Below, one piece after another: positions 55,402 through 64,000 of a DNA stretch of 64,000 nucleotides; within the stretch, counting starts at the first letter, position 1, and each line of letters opens with the position of its first letter. The translations under genes were made by a program, and so were the position numbers. Location of the stretch: assembly GCA_017992605.1 (NCBI GenBank), contig JAGOOG010000003.1, positions 76,161-140,160 of the forward strand, read 5' to 3'. The stretch is from Deltaproteobacteria bacterium (GTDB lineage: Bacteria; Desulfobacterota; Desulfomonilia; UBA1062). Under the pieces are notes generated by a model. That model was not told the origin of the DNA. It was given only the letters and a program-made list of their open reading frames with translations, and made no database searches.

Positions 55402-55431
55402 ATTGTTAGCTGTCCGCCTCTCTCCTGTCAA
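55402..55431 (-). promoter_or_regulatory. sigma-70-like promoter for the dfx operon (TTGACA-18 nt-AACAAT)
   Basis: Minus-strand -35 at 55431-55426 and -10 at 55407-55402. An AT-rich stretch follows down to the AAAGGAGG RBS. Confidence 0.35.
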
Positions 55432-55610
55432 GGGCAACATGCCCGACCGCCGGAGCAGTGACTCCAATCATATATAATAGCGGCATCTTCCAAATGATCA
55501 ACACAATTTCGCAGGGAGGGCGATAGAGACGCCCGGAGACTCTTGCAGGCTGCGTTCGCGCACAGGTCCATGGGCCCTCGGATGCAACGCTTATACCGGA
55601 ATTTTCCTTA

Positions 55611-55639
55611 TTGACAGGGTCCCCTCCGGCTGCTATGAA
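55611..55639 (+). promoter_or_regulatory. sigma-70 promoter TTGACA-17 nt-TATGAA for tRNA-Leu (and probably rpmB)
   Basis: -35 at 55611-55616 and -10 at 55634-55639. AT-rich ATTTTCCTTA lies upstream. The tRNA starts 17 nt after the -10. Confidence 0.5.
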
Positions 55640-55655
55640 CATCTTCCGTCATACT

Positions 55656-55741
55656 GCCGAAGTGGTGGAATTGGCAGACACGCCATCTTGAGGGGGTGGT
55701 GGGTAACTCCCGTCCGGGTTCAAATCCCGGCTTCGGCACCA
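55656..55741 (+). tRNA. tRNA-Leu (anticodon GAG), CCA encoded
   Basis: Folded by hand. Acceptor GCCGAAG/CUUCGGC, 3-bp D stem, anticodon stem CCAUC/GGUGG with loop UUGAGGG, long variable arm GGG-UAACU-CCC, T arm CCGGG-UUCAAAU-CCCGG, then A-CCA. Confidence 0.95.
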
Positions 55742-55789
55742 ACTGAACTTATTGTCGCGAGACGAGAACAGAAAGAGAGTTGATCTCCC

Positions 55790-55984
55790 ATGTCAAGACG
55801 TTGTGATATTTGTGGAAAAGGCCCTCAGACAGGGCATAATGTCTCCCATGCCCAGAACAAGACCAGCAAGACCTGGCTTCCCAACCTCCAGAAGGTTCGG
55901 GTCGACACGGCTGAGGGTGTGAAGAGGATCAGGGTCTGCACCCAGTGCATCAAATCGAACAGGGTCTCCAAGCACACGGCCTGA
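55790..55984 (+). CDS. rpmB: 50S ribosomal protein L28
   Basis: [38 protein letters not shown] is a typical L28 sequence. Confidence 0.95.
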   Translation: MSRRCDICGKGPQTGHNVSHAQNKTSKTWLPNLQKVRVDTAEGVKRIRVCTQCIKSNRVSKHTA

Positions 55985-56164
55985 TTACCCCGGGAACATC
56001 CGTTCCGAATCATCTTCTTCCGACCACCCCGCAGGTCTGGGGGGCCAGATTCCTTCCCTGTGCAGTCGTTCCTGCGGGAGGATTGCCATATTCACCTTTT
56101 TGAGAATACATGCTAATGGAGACCTCCATACCATGGTGAATGACCTTGTATGCGGAGAAGAGCG

Positions 56165-56635
56165 ATGACGAGGAAGATCCTTCCCTGCACAGCCGTCCTT
56201 TTCCTTTTCGCCGCGTGCGCAACTCCCCCGCCCCAGGGCCCCATGATCGACGATACGTCATTCTATCTCGGCCGGTTCGACAAGGTGTGGGAGGTCACCA
56301 TGAAGGTGCTGGAGAGAAAGTCCCTCGAAGTGAAAGATTCCAGCAGGGAGAAGGGCGAGATCACCACCAAGTTCGTCAATTACTCCGTAGGGGCCAAGGC
56401 CCATCATGAACTCGAAAAGATCGCAGAGAAGCCCGAGCTGCGCCTGGGTCTCTACACCCAGGTCGGCTATTCGGTGACCATAAGGCTTGCCGCTATTAAC
56501 GAGATGAGCACCCAGGTGAAGATAACGGCCGATATCGAGGCCTATGACACCAACGTGACCAAGAAGTGGCAACCATGCAAGTCCAAGGGGGTCATCGAAC
56601 GGGAACTCCTGGAAAAGATCAGGGACTCCCTCTGA
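56165..56635 (+). CDS. hypothetical lipoprotein
   Basis: MTRKILPCTAVLFLFAAC lipobox. GGAG lies 8 nt before ATG 56165 (ATG 56150 is an alternative). No family recognised with confidence. Confidence 0.55.
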   Translation: MTRKILPCTAVLFLFAACATPPPQGPMIDDTSFYLGRFDKVWEVTMKVLERKSLEVKDSSREKGEITTKFVNYSVGAKAHHELEKIAEKPELRLGLYTQVGYSVTIRLAAINEMSTQVKITADIEAYDTNVTKKWQPCKSKGVIERELLEKIRDSL

Positions 56636-56671
56636 ATCGTTCCCCGGGCGAAAGCCTTCGGCCGTGTCGAA

Positions 56672-58795
56672 TTACCTTCGCTCGATACGCTCCACGCCCT
56701 TGAGCTTCCTGATTTCAGCGGAAAGCTTTTCGAGCTCGCCGAGGTCCTTGACCAGCACGCGAAACACACACATGGAATTGCCATCGGGCATGGATGATGC
56801 GTTCAGCTTGGTGATGTTGATGTTCTTCGCCCCGATGATTGCCGTGATGGAGCCCAGCATGCCCGGCTTGTCTTGACAGATGACCGCCAGCTCGATCTCA
56901 TGGCTCTCGCTCACGCTGGTATCCCACTCTACCGGTATCACCCGCTGGGAGTCGATCTCCGTAGCGTACGGGCACCCATATCGATGAACCGTGATCCCCT
57001 TGCCGCGGGTGATGAACCCGACGATATCATCTCCGGGAATCGGCCTGCAGCATCGGGCAAATCGGATCAGCAGGTTGTCGACGCCCTTTACCACCACGCT
57101 GGACCCTACCTGTTTCTTGCGAGGGGCGGCCTCCTTGTACTCCTTCTTCTGCTCCTCGGGAAGGACCTTGTGTGCCACCTGATTGACCGAGGTCCTTCCA
57201 AATCCGATCGACGCATAGAGGTCATCTGCGGTCTTGAAGGTAAAATCCTTCGCCAGGGCATCGAGATCCACGTCCTTGCCGACATGGAGGCTCTTGAGCT
57301 TCTTCTCCAGCATCTCCCTGCCGAGCGCAATGCTCTGCTCCCGTTCCTGGGTCCGCAGCCAGGTCTGGATCTTGTTTCGCGCCCGTGAGGTCTTGGCGAT
57401 CCTCATCCAGTCCTTGCTCGGGTGCTGTTTGGGCGTCCTGAGGATCTCGACGACATCGCCGCTCTTGAGCTCGTAATTGAGCTTGACGATCTGGCCGTTC
57501 ACCTTGGCCCCTGTGCACTGATGCCCGAGCTGGGTATGGACGCTGTAGGCGAAATCGAGCGGCGTTGCACCCACGGGAAACTGGAGCACCTCGCCACGGG
57601 GGGTGAAGACAAAGACATCTTCGGGATAGAGATCGAGCTTCACGCTCTGGAGGAATTCCCTGGGGTTCTTGAGTTCCTTGTGCGATTCCAGCAGCCGCCT
57701 GAGCCATGACAGCTCCTGGCCGTCCTGATCCTTGAGCCTGCTCTGGTCCTGGAGCTTTGAGTAATCCTTATAGAGCCAGTGAGCGGCGATGCCCTCGTTG
57801 GCGATGAAGTCCATCTCGTAGGTCCTGATCTGGATCTCGATGCGCTCCCCGCCAGGACCGAACACGGTGGTGTGCAGCGACTGATACTTGTTCGGCTTGG
57901 GCATGGCGATGAAATCCTTGATGCGCTGCTGGATGGGCTTCCACATGTTGTGGATGATGCCCAGCGACGCATAGCACTCGCCCACGGTATTGACGATGAC
58001 CCGCACGCCGAGGACGTCGTAGATGTTTTCCAGGGGGATGTTCTGACGCTTGAGCTTCTGGTACACGCTGTAGATGTGCTTGATCCTGCTCTTGAGCTCC
58101 GCCTTGATACCGGCCTCGGTGAGCTTGTCCTGGATCTGGTCCATGACGCCCCTGAGATACTCCTCCTTCTCCCGGGCAATGGTGTCGAGCTTTGTCTTGA
58201 GGACCCGGTAGTCGGCGGGCTCGAGGAATTTCAGACTCAACTCCTCGAGTTCCACCTGAAGCCAGTGGATGCCGAGACGGTTGGCCAGGGGGGCGTAGAT
58301 GTCAAGGGTTTCCCGGGCGATCCTGAGCTGGGACGCCCGGTTGTGATACTCCAGGGTGCGCATGTTGTGGAGCCGGTCCACAAGCTTGATGAGCAGCACC
58401 CGCAGGTCCTTGCTCATGGCGAGGATCATCTTGCGGAAATTTTCGGCCTGCTGCTCCTCCAGCGAGCGGAAGTCCATCTTGCTGATCTTGGTGAGCCCGT
58501 CCACCACCTGGGCGACCTCGTCGCCGAACTCGGCCTGGATGTCCTCTCTTCTCGTGAGGCTGTCCTCGATGGCGTCGTGAAGGAGTGCCGCAGCGACCGC
58601 AGTGACATCGAGGTGCATCTGGGCTACGATGTGGGCCACCTCCAGCGGGTGGTTGAGGTAGGGCTCGCCACTGAGCCTTGTCTGTCCCTGGTGGACCTGG
58701 GCGGAATAGACGTATGCCTTCTCTATCAACCGCCTTTCCGAGTCCGGGACGTAAGCGGAGACTTCATCGAGGATGTCATTTATCCGTACGGTCAA
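56672..58795 (-). CDS. rel: bifunctional (p)ppGpp synthetase/hydrolase (RelA/SpoT homologue)
   Basis: HD hydrolase motif HPLEVA...LLHDAIEDS, synthetase domain (YQSLHTTV), TGS domain, and C-terminal ACT-like domain. Confidence 0.95.
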   Translation of the reverse strand: MTVRINDILDEVSAYVPDSERRLIEKAYVYSAQVHQGQTRLSGEPYLNHPLEVAHIVAQMHLDVTAVAAALLHDAIEDSLTRREDIQAEFGDEVAQVVDGLTKISKMDFRSLEEQQAENFRKMILAMSKDLRVLLIKLVDRLHNMRTLEYHNRASQLRIARETLDIYAPLANRLGIHWLQVELEELSLKFLEPADYRVLKTKLDTIAREKEEYLRGVMDQIQDKLTEAGIKAELKSRIKHIYSVYQKLKRQNIPLENIYDVLGVRVIVNTVGECYASLGIIHNMWKPIQQRIKDFIAMPKPNKYQSLHTTVFGPGGERIEIQIRTYEMDFIANEGIAAHWLYKDYSKLQDQSRLKDQDGQELSWLRRLLESHKELKNPREFLQSVKLDLYPEDVFVFTPRGEVLQFPVGATPLDFAYSVHTQLGHQCTGAKVNGQIVKLNYELKSGDVVEILRTPKQHPSKDWMRIAKTSRARNKIQTWLRTQEREQSIALGREMLEKKLKSLHVGKDVDLDALAKDFTFKTADDLYASIGFGRTSVNQVAHKVLPEEQKKEYKEAAPRKKQVGSSVVVKGVDNLLIRFARCCRPIPGDDIVGFITRGKGITVHRYGCPYATEIDSQRVIPVEWDTSVSESHEIELAVICQDKPGMLGSITAIIGAKNINITKLNASSMPDGNSMCVFRVLVKDLGELEKLSAEIRKLKGVERIERR

Positions 58796-60515
58796 CGACT
58801 ACACCCTTTGCCAGAAGGACCTGAGCACACTGGTCAATGGCCTCAGCGACGGGCACCTTCGCCGTCTTTCCACCCGCTCTCTCCTTGATTTCCACGACAC
58901 CGGCGGCGAGATCCTTCGCACCCACCGTGATCCGGACGGGCACGCCGACGAGATCGGCATCCTTGAACTTGACCCCGGGGCGGACATCGCGGTCATCGAG
59001 GATCGGGTCATATCCCCTGGCCTGCAACCCTTCGTAGATGCGCTGGGATGTCTCCATGACCGGTGCCTCGTTGACGTTTATGGGCAGCACCACTGCATGG
59101 TAGGGGGCGATGGCGGGGGGGAAGATGATCCCGTTCTCGTCGTGGTTCTGCTCGATGGCTGCCGCCACTGTCCTGCCCACGCCGATGCCGTAGCAGCCCA
59201 TGACCATGGGTTTCTGCACCCCGTCTTCATCGAGGAAGAGGGCGTTCATGGCCTTGGAATATTTCAGCCCAAGCTTGAAGATGTGTCCCACCTCGATGCC
59301 GCGGATGACATCCAGGGTACCCCTGCCGCACCGGGGGCAGCTCTCGCCGCCCGTGGCAGCCCTTATGTCGGCAACGATATCGACCTTGGCGTCCCGCGAT
59401 ATCCAGACGTCTCTGGCATGGTAGTCCTCCCTGTTGCCCCCTGCGACATAGGCGCCCCCGCCAAGCAGGGCACCGTCGGCCACCATCTTCACCTTCAGCC
59501 CGACTGGACCGGCAAAACCCCGCGGGGCGCCCGTGCTCTTCTGGATCGTCTCCTCCTCGGCCAGCACCACGGTCTCGCACCCCAGGGCCCTCCTCAGTTT
59601 GGCCTCGCTGATCTCGTGGTCTCCCCTGAGAAGGGCGGCAACCGGGCCCTTTTCCGTCATGTAGATGAGGGTCTTTATGAGCTGGGAAGGCTGGATCCCG
59701 AGGAACTCGCACACCTCTTCGACGGTCCTGATGTCCGGCGTATGAATGTCTTCGGGTTTCCCTTCAGGTGCCCCGGGGAAGGCCGTGTCAGCGGGCAGTG
59801 CGATCTCGGCCCGCTCCTGGTTCGCCGCATAATCACACGCCGAACAGCTCAGGATGAGGTCCTCGCCGGTCTCCGCGAGCACCATGAACTCGTGGGAAAA
59901 GTTGCCCCCGATAGGCCCCGAGTCCGCCTCCACGGCCTTGCATTTCAGGCCGCACCGCCTGAAGATGGCCTCGTAGGCCCTGTACATGGCCTCGTAGCTT
60001 TTCTCCGCTCCACCGTCGTCCCTGTCGAAGGAATAGGCGTCCTTCATGATGAACTCCCGGGCACGCATGACCCCGAACCGCGGCCTGATCTCGTCCCTGA
60101 ACTTGGTCTGGATCTGGTAGAGGTTCAGGGGCAGTTCCTTGTACGAGCGAACGTAATCGCGGACGATGTCGGTGATGACTTCCTCGTGGGTGGGGCCCAG
60201 GGCGAACTCGGCGCCCTTGCGGTCGGTGAACCTGAGGAGCTCCTTCCCGTACATGTCCCACCTGCCGCTCTCCTTCCAGATCTCCGAAGGCTGGACACCC
60301 GGCATGAGGCACTCCTGGGCACCGGCTGCGTTCATCTCCTCGCGGATGATCTGCTCAACCTTCCGTATGGCCTTGAGACCATAGGGCAGGTAGGTATAGA
60401 TGCCGGACGCGAGCTTTTTCAGCATGCAGGCCCGGAGCATGAGCTTGTGGCTCACCACCTCCGCGTCACGGGGCTCTTCCTTGAGGGTGTGGAGGAACAA
60501 CGAGGACATCTTCAT
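58776..60515 (-). CDS. proS: prolyl-tRNA synthetase
   Basis: MKMSSLFLHTLKEEP start, class II motifs (FRDEIRPRFGVMRAREF), and C-terminal anticodon-binding domain. ATGA overlap with ispG and a 20-nt overlap with rel. Confidence 0.95.
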   Translation of the reverse strand: MKMSSLFLHTLKEEPRDAEVVSHKLMLRACMLKKLASGIYTYLPYGLKAIRKVEQIIREEMNAAGAQECLMPGVQPSEIWKESGRWDMYGKELLRFTDRKGAEFALGPTHEEVITDIVRDYVRSYKELPLNLYQIQTKFRDEIRPRFGVMRAREFIMKDAYSFDRDDGGAEKSYEAMYRAYEAIFRRCGLKCKAVEADSGPIGGNFSHEFMVLAETGEDLILSCSACDYAANQERAEIALPADTAFPGAPEGKPEDIHTPDIRTVEEVCEFLGIQPSQLIKTLIYMTEKGPVAALLRGDHEISEAKLRRALGCETVVLAEEETIQKSTGAPRGFAGPVGLKVKMVADGALLGGGAYVAGGNREDYHARDVWISRDAKVDIVADIRAATGGESCPRCGRGTLDVIRGIEVGHIFKLGLKYSKAMNALFLDEDGVQKPMVMGCYGIGVGRTVAAAIEQNHDENGIIFPPAIAPYHAVVLPINVNEAPVMETSQRIYEGLQARGYDPILDDRDVRPGVKFKDADLVGVPVRITVGAKDLAAGVVEIKERAGGKTAKVPVAEAIDQCAQVLLAKGVVVDRTDK

Positions 60516-61576
60516 GAAAGCGTCTCCTTGTGTATTTCGTTCACGATCGTCGTGATGATATCGTTGGTGGCGATGCGCCTTATCTGTTTTCCGCGGGCGA
60601 AGAGCACGGCGCCTCTCGTATCGCACGCAACCCCGAGGTCCGCGATCCTGGCCTCTCCGGGCCCGTTCACCACGCACCCCATGACCGCCACGACCATATG
60701 CCTGCGGACATGCTTCAGGGCCTCCTCCAGCTCGGAGGATATGGCGGCCACATCCGCGCAGGCCCGTGCGCAGGTGGGGCACGCGATGACCCGGACCCCT
60801 TCGGCCCTGAGGCCGAGGCACTCCAGCAGGACCCTGCCGGCAAACACCTCCTGGACAGGGTCGGCTGACAGCGAAACCCTGATCGTGTCGCCGAGGCCCT
60901 CCTCGAGGAGCGCCCCGATGCCCACCGAGGAACGGATGAGCCCTGAGAAGAGCGGCCCGGCCTCGGTCACGCCCAGGTGCAGGGGCCAGTCCGATACCTT
61001 CGAGAAGCGCCGGTAGGCGTCGATGGTCTCGAGCACGTCCGATGACTTGAGCGACACCTTCAGCGCGCCCACTCCCATGTCCTCGAGCATTTCCACGTAT
61101 TGCCTGCCGCTCTCGACGATCGCCCCCACGTGGTCGCTGCCGTACCGCGCGAGGAGAGACCTCTTGACAGAACCGAGGTTGACCCCGACCCGTATCGGTA
61201 TGCCGTGTTCCATGGCGGTCCGGGCAACCGCCTTGAGCTTGTCCCTGCCGCCGATGTTGCCCGGATTGATGCGTATACAGTCCGCCCCCTCGCGTATGGC
61301 ACCGATGGCCAGCCGGTGATCGAAGTGTATGTCGGCGATGACGGGGATGAGGGAGTGTTTCTTGATCCTCCCGAAGGCCTTCACCGCATCCTCGTCCGGG
61401 ACGCTGACGCGTACGATGTCGCACCCCGCCTGCACGAATGCCTCTATCTGGGTGACCGTCGCTTCGACATCGGTGGTGGTGGTGTTGGTCATGGACTGGA
61501 TGCTGATCCGTGAGCCGCCTCCGACGGGACATGCCCCGACAAATATCCTGTGTGTCTGCTCTCGATGGGGGATCAT
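60512..61576 (-). CDS. ispG: 4-hydroxy-3-methylbut-2-en-1-yl diphosphate synthase
   Basis: IQSMTNT, IVRVSVPD, IPVIADIHFD, RINPGNIG, and C-terminal ACPTCAR...VMGCVVNGPGE cluster ligands. Confidence 0.95.
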   Translation of the reverse strand: MIPHREQTHRIFVGACPVGGGSRISIQSMTNTTTTDVEATVTQIEAFVQAGCDIVRVSVPDEDAVKAFGRIKKHSLIPVIADIHFDHRLAIGAIREGADCIRINPGNIGGRDKLKAVARTAMEHGIPIRVGVNLGSVKRSLLARYGSDHVGAIVESGRQYVEMLEDMGVGALKVSLKSSDVLETIDAYRRFSKVSDWPLHLGVTEAGPLFSGLIRSSVGIGALLEEGLGDTIRVSLSADPVQEVFAGRVLLECLGLRAEGVRVIACPTCARACADVAAISSELEEALKHVRRHMVVAVMGCVVNGPGEARIADLGVACDTRGAVLFARGKQIRRIATNDIITTIVNEIHKETLS

Positions 61577-61643
61577 TGAAAATGAGTACCATAGAAGGTG
61601 TTTCGACTCAAGATTGGAAGGCGTTCCATCGATAAGAAGAGGG

Positions 61644-63575
61644 ATGGTAAAATTGTCTGCCGAGCAGATCGAATCCCTCCTGAATGACATCGGCGAACTG
61701 CCGACATTGCCGTCCATCGCAACGGCAATCATGGAGAAGACCCTGGAGGCCAACGTGAACGCCAGGCAGATCGCCGAACTGGTCGAAAAAGACCAGGCCC
61801 TTGCGCTGAAGGTCCTCAAGGTCGCCAACTCCCCCTTCTACCGGAGAATCAAGGAGATTGCCACCATACGGGGCGCCGTGGTCCTGCTGGGATTCAACGT
61901 CCTCAAGAGCATCGTGCTCAGCATCAGCGTGATCAACCTGTTCAACCAGAAGGACAGGCGAGCGCTCGACTTCTATACCTTTTGGCAGCACAGCATCGCC
62001 TGCGCGGTCTGTGCCAAGTCCATCGCCGGCCAGGTTCTGCCGGAATCTGCGGAAGACGCCTTCGTGGCCGGCCTGCTGCACGACCTGGGCAAGGTCATCG
62101 CCGATCAGCTCATCTGCAGACATGGTGAATACGGCGAGGTGCTGGACGCCATGAACAGGGGGGGGCGGGACATCGTCGAGATCGAGCAGGATCTCGTGGG
62201 AATCGACCATGCCTCCATAGGCAAGTACCTCATGGAGCGGTGGAACCTGCCCGGCCATCTCGGCAAGGCGGTGGGGTATCACCACAGCCTCGTGGACATC
62301 ACCGACGATGTCCAGACAAAACGCCTGTGCGCCATCATCCACGTGGCCGACATGGTGGCGAACCACCTGGGGCTCGGCATGAGCCCCGTCCAGACCGGCT
62401 TCATCGACCCTCCCCTCCTCAATCAGCTCGGGCTGACCAGCCAGGACATTCAGGACATATCCATCTCCCTGAAGGACAACATCTCGAACATCAGCGATGA
62501 ACTGGGCATACCCCGGGCCGAGCCGAAGACCTACTTCGAGGTCCTGCAGTCGGCCAACGCCCAGCTCGGCAAGCTGAGCCTCGACCTGGAACAGAAGAAG
62601 ATGGCCCTGGAGCGCAGAACGCTGGAGCTCTCGAGCCTCAACCAGATGAGCAGCAGCCTCCAGGCATCCATGAAACTCTCGGAGATCACGAACACCATCG
62701 CATCGCACACCCTGACCATCCTCGATGCCAGGAAGGCCAGGTGCCTGATCCGGCTCAACAACCTGCGCATCATGGTCATCGAGGCATTCATGCTCGGGGA
62801 GTCGCCCCAGACCAAGGCAGGCATGGCCAACGCCACCAAGGAGCTGCTCGAGCGCACGAACGGGATCTTTCCACGAGCCACAGGCATTGTCTTCGCAGCC
62901 CTGAAGGTGGACGGCAAGACCATAGGGGCCCTCGAGGTGCTCCTGAAGGACAACATCGGCCCGGACGAGGTCAGCCAGAAAGGCCTGCTCCTGCGCACCA
63001 TAGCCGAGGTCAGCTCCCAGGCCATCCAGAGGGCCATGCTCATCACCAAGCACATGAAGTCACAGCGGCTGGCCGCCGTCACCAAGACCGCCATAGCGGC
63101 GAACCACGAGATCAACTCGCCGCTCACCACGATCCTGCTGAAGCTCGACATGCTCATGGGAGAGATGCAGGTCAGCCCCAACGTCAAGAAGGCCCTCAAC
63201 GAGGTCAAGGCAGAGGCTCTCTCCATACGGAACGTGGTGAAGAAGATGCTGGAGATCTCGGATGTCGTGGAGACCTCCTACACCCAGCACGAAAAGATGC
63301 TCGACCTCAAGCAGGCTTCACGGGCGCAGGACCCCTCGGCCAGACCCCAGCAGGCAATGCCCAACGACGAAGCCGGCTTCGAGGATTTCATCCAGACCGC
63401 AGCGAGGCCGTACCCCAAGCCGCAGGGTGCCGGCTCGATATCGGCCGAACAGCTTCCCGGTTTCGAGGACTATCTCGAGGACAAGCCGAAGGCCCCGTCC
63501 CTCGTCAAGGGTGTCTCACAGAAATCCGGCACCAACACGGACACACCGGGGTTCGAGGACTACCTCGACAAGTAG
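61644..63575 (+). CDS. HDOD domain protein with coiled coil, DHp (HisKA-like) domain and disordered repeat tail; no ATPase domain
   Basis: LPTLPSIATAIM, LKVLKVANSPFY and AGLLHDLGKV define the HDOD domain. H-box-like AANHEINSPLTTI. The tail carries AGFEDF, PGFEDYL and PGFEDYLDK-stop. Confidence 0.75.
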   Translation: MVKLSAEQIESLLNDIGELPTLPSIATAIMEKTLEANVNARQIAELVEKDQALALKVLKVANSPFYRRIKEIATIRGAVVLLGFNVLKSIVLSISVINLFNQKDRRALDFYTFWQHSIACAVCAKSIAGQVLPESAEDAFVAGLLHDLGKVIADQLICRHGEYGEVLDAMNRGGRDIVEIEQDLVGIDHASIGKYLMERWNLPGHLGKAVGYHHSLVDITDDVQTKRLCAIIHVADMVANHLGLGMSPVQTGFIDPPLLNQLGLTSQDIQDISISLKDNISNISDELGIPRAEPKTYFEVLQSANAQLGKLSLDLEQKKMALERRTLELSSLNQMSSSLQASMKLSEITNTIASHTLTILDARKARCLIRLNNLRIMVIEAFMLGESPQTKAGMANATKELLERTNGIFPRATGIVFAALKVDGKTIGALEVLLKDNIGPDEVSQKGLLLRTIAEVSSQAIQRAMLITKHMKSQRLAAVTKTAIAANHEINSPLTTILLKLDMLMGEMQVSPNVKKALNEVKAEALSIRNVVKKMLEISDVVETSYTQHEKMLDLKQASRAQDPSARPQQAMPNDEAGFEDFIQTAARPYPKPQGAGSISAEQLPGFEDYLEDKPKAPSLVKGVSQKSGTNTDTPGFEDYLDK

Positions 63576-63704
63576 CGTACCGTGAGCCTCTTCCCTGAAC
63601 GCACCCGCGCCCCCTCTGCAGAACCTCATATCCACGGTTGATCTGAACACCCTGTTCAATTATTCTTAAGAGGACACCCTGCAATCATATGAAAGGAGGT
63701 TTTT

Positions 63705-64000
63705 GTGGATAGACTAGTGGACAGGAACGGCCGGATCAGCTGGGGCATCTATGAGGAGCCCGTGGGCGAGGTCAACTTCCTGGATTACGATCTGCGTACA
63801 GAGATGGGCAGGAAGATCCCCCTGTTCAGAAAACGTGCCATGGCCAACCAGTTTCACTTCACCGGGCTCATGGGTCCCGAGTTCATCGCGGGTCTTGCGG
63901 TGGTCGACCTGAAATACCTTGCCAACGGGTTCATGTACCTCTACAACAGGCAGACCAAGGAGATCATGGAGGCAGGAGACCTTTCCCTGCTGAGCTCCGA
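63705..64000 (+). CDS. hypothetical protein, 5' partial view (runs off the window)
   Basis: AAAGGAGG (63692-63699) lies 5 nt before GTG 63705. The frame stays open to the window end (VDRLVDRNGRISWGIYEEPVGEVNFLDYDL...). Family not recognised with confidence. Confidence 0.5.
   Translation, partial: MDRLVDRNGRISWGIYEEPVGEVNFLDYDLRTEMGRKIPLFRKRAMANQFHFTGLMGPEFIAGLAVVDLKYLANGFMYLYNRQTKEIMEAGDLSLLSS

Noticed and set aside
55656-55741. tRNA-Leu as an integration site for a genomic island
   Set aside because: No integrase was found, I saw no direct repeat of the tRNA 3' end downstream, and the flanking genes (dfx operon, rpmB, rel) are core genes.
58773-61592. 747-aa plus-strand ORF, and the 938-aa minus-strand ORF read as one protein
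   Set aside because: The plus-strand ORF is antisense to proS and ispG. The first 359 codons of the 938-aa ORF are an out-of-frame read-through across ispG. ProS begins at MKMSSLF (ATG 60515), with an ATGA overlap to the ispG stop.
61608-63053. 481-aa minus-strand ORF opposite the HDOD-DHp gene
   Set aside because: Shadow ORF with no recognisable domains.
1-64000. Scan for CRISPR arrays, IS elements, transposases, integrases, prophage genes, rRNA and toxin-antitoxin pairs
   Set aside because: I saw no regularly spaced direct repeats and no ORF with recombinase, transposase, capsid or terminase motifs. By-eye detection of long dispersed nucleotide repeats is limited, so a self-dot-plot should be run to confirm.

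Overview
This is a dense, high-GC bacterial chromosomal segment with about 60 protein genes and one tRNA. I saw no rRNA, CRISPR array, transposase, integrase or phage genes. The gene content suggests an anaerobe of deltaproteobacterial or Thermodesulfobacteriota-like lifestyle, which is inference only. The supporting genes are an HdrD-like Fe-S protein, a glutaconate-type CoA-transferase pair, and an oxygen-defence island of desulfoferrodoxin, flavodiiron protein, rubredoxin and rubrerythrin. Housekeeping blocks are xseA-xseB, engB, proC, rarA, rnj, ftsK-lolA, cobB-aroE, def-fmt-rpe, tRNA-Leu-rpmB and ispG-proS-rel. The window is unusually rich in signalling genes. It holds 4 histidine kinases, 7 receiver-domain proteins, 2 sigma-54 activators, 2 HDOD proteins and 1 GGDEF protein. 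The candidates I rank highest for undescribed biology are listed here. (1) A TPR lipoprotein, an orphan MCE protein and a 17-copy x-P-hydrophobic repeat protein are fused to the def-fmt-rpe operon, with no Mla permease or ATPase present. (2) An orphan 109-aa FlgC-like rod protein sits behind a sigma-28-like promoter. (3) Two convergent triads each encode a kinase, an exported accessory protein and a sigma-54 activator. (4) A two-gene module encodes a prepilin and a PilX-N/vWA/beta-propeller protein. (5) A sigma-54 -24/-12 element lies downstream of a triple half-site upstream of the CoA-transferase genes. (6) Two kinase-like DHp domains have no ATPase domain, one with His replaced by Asp and one with a triple C-terminal GFEDY motif. 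All calls come from reading the ORF translations and the DNA by eye. No database search was run.
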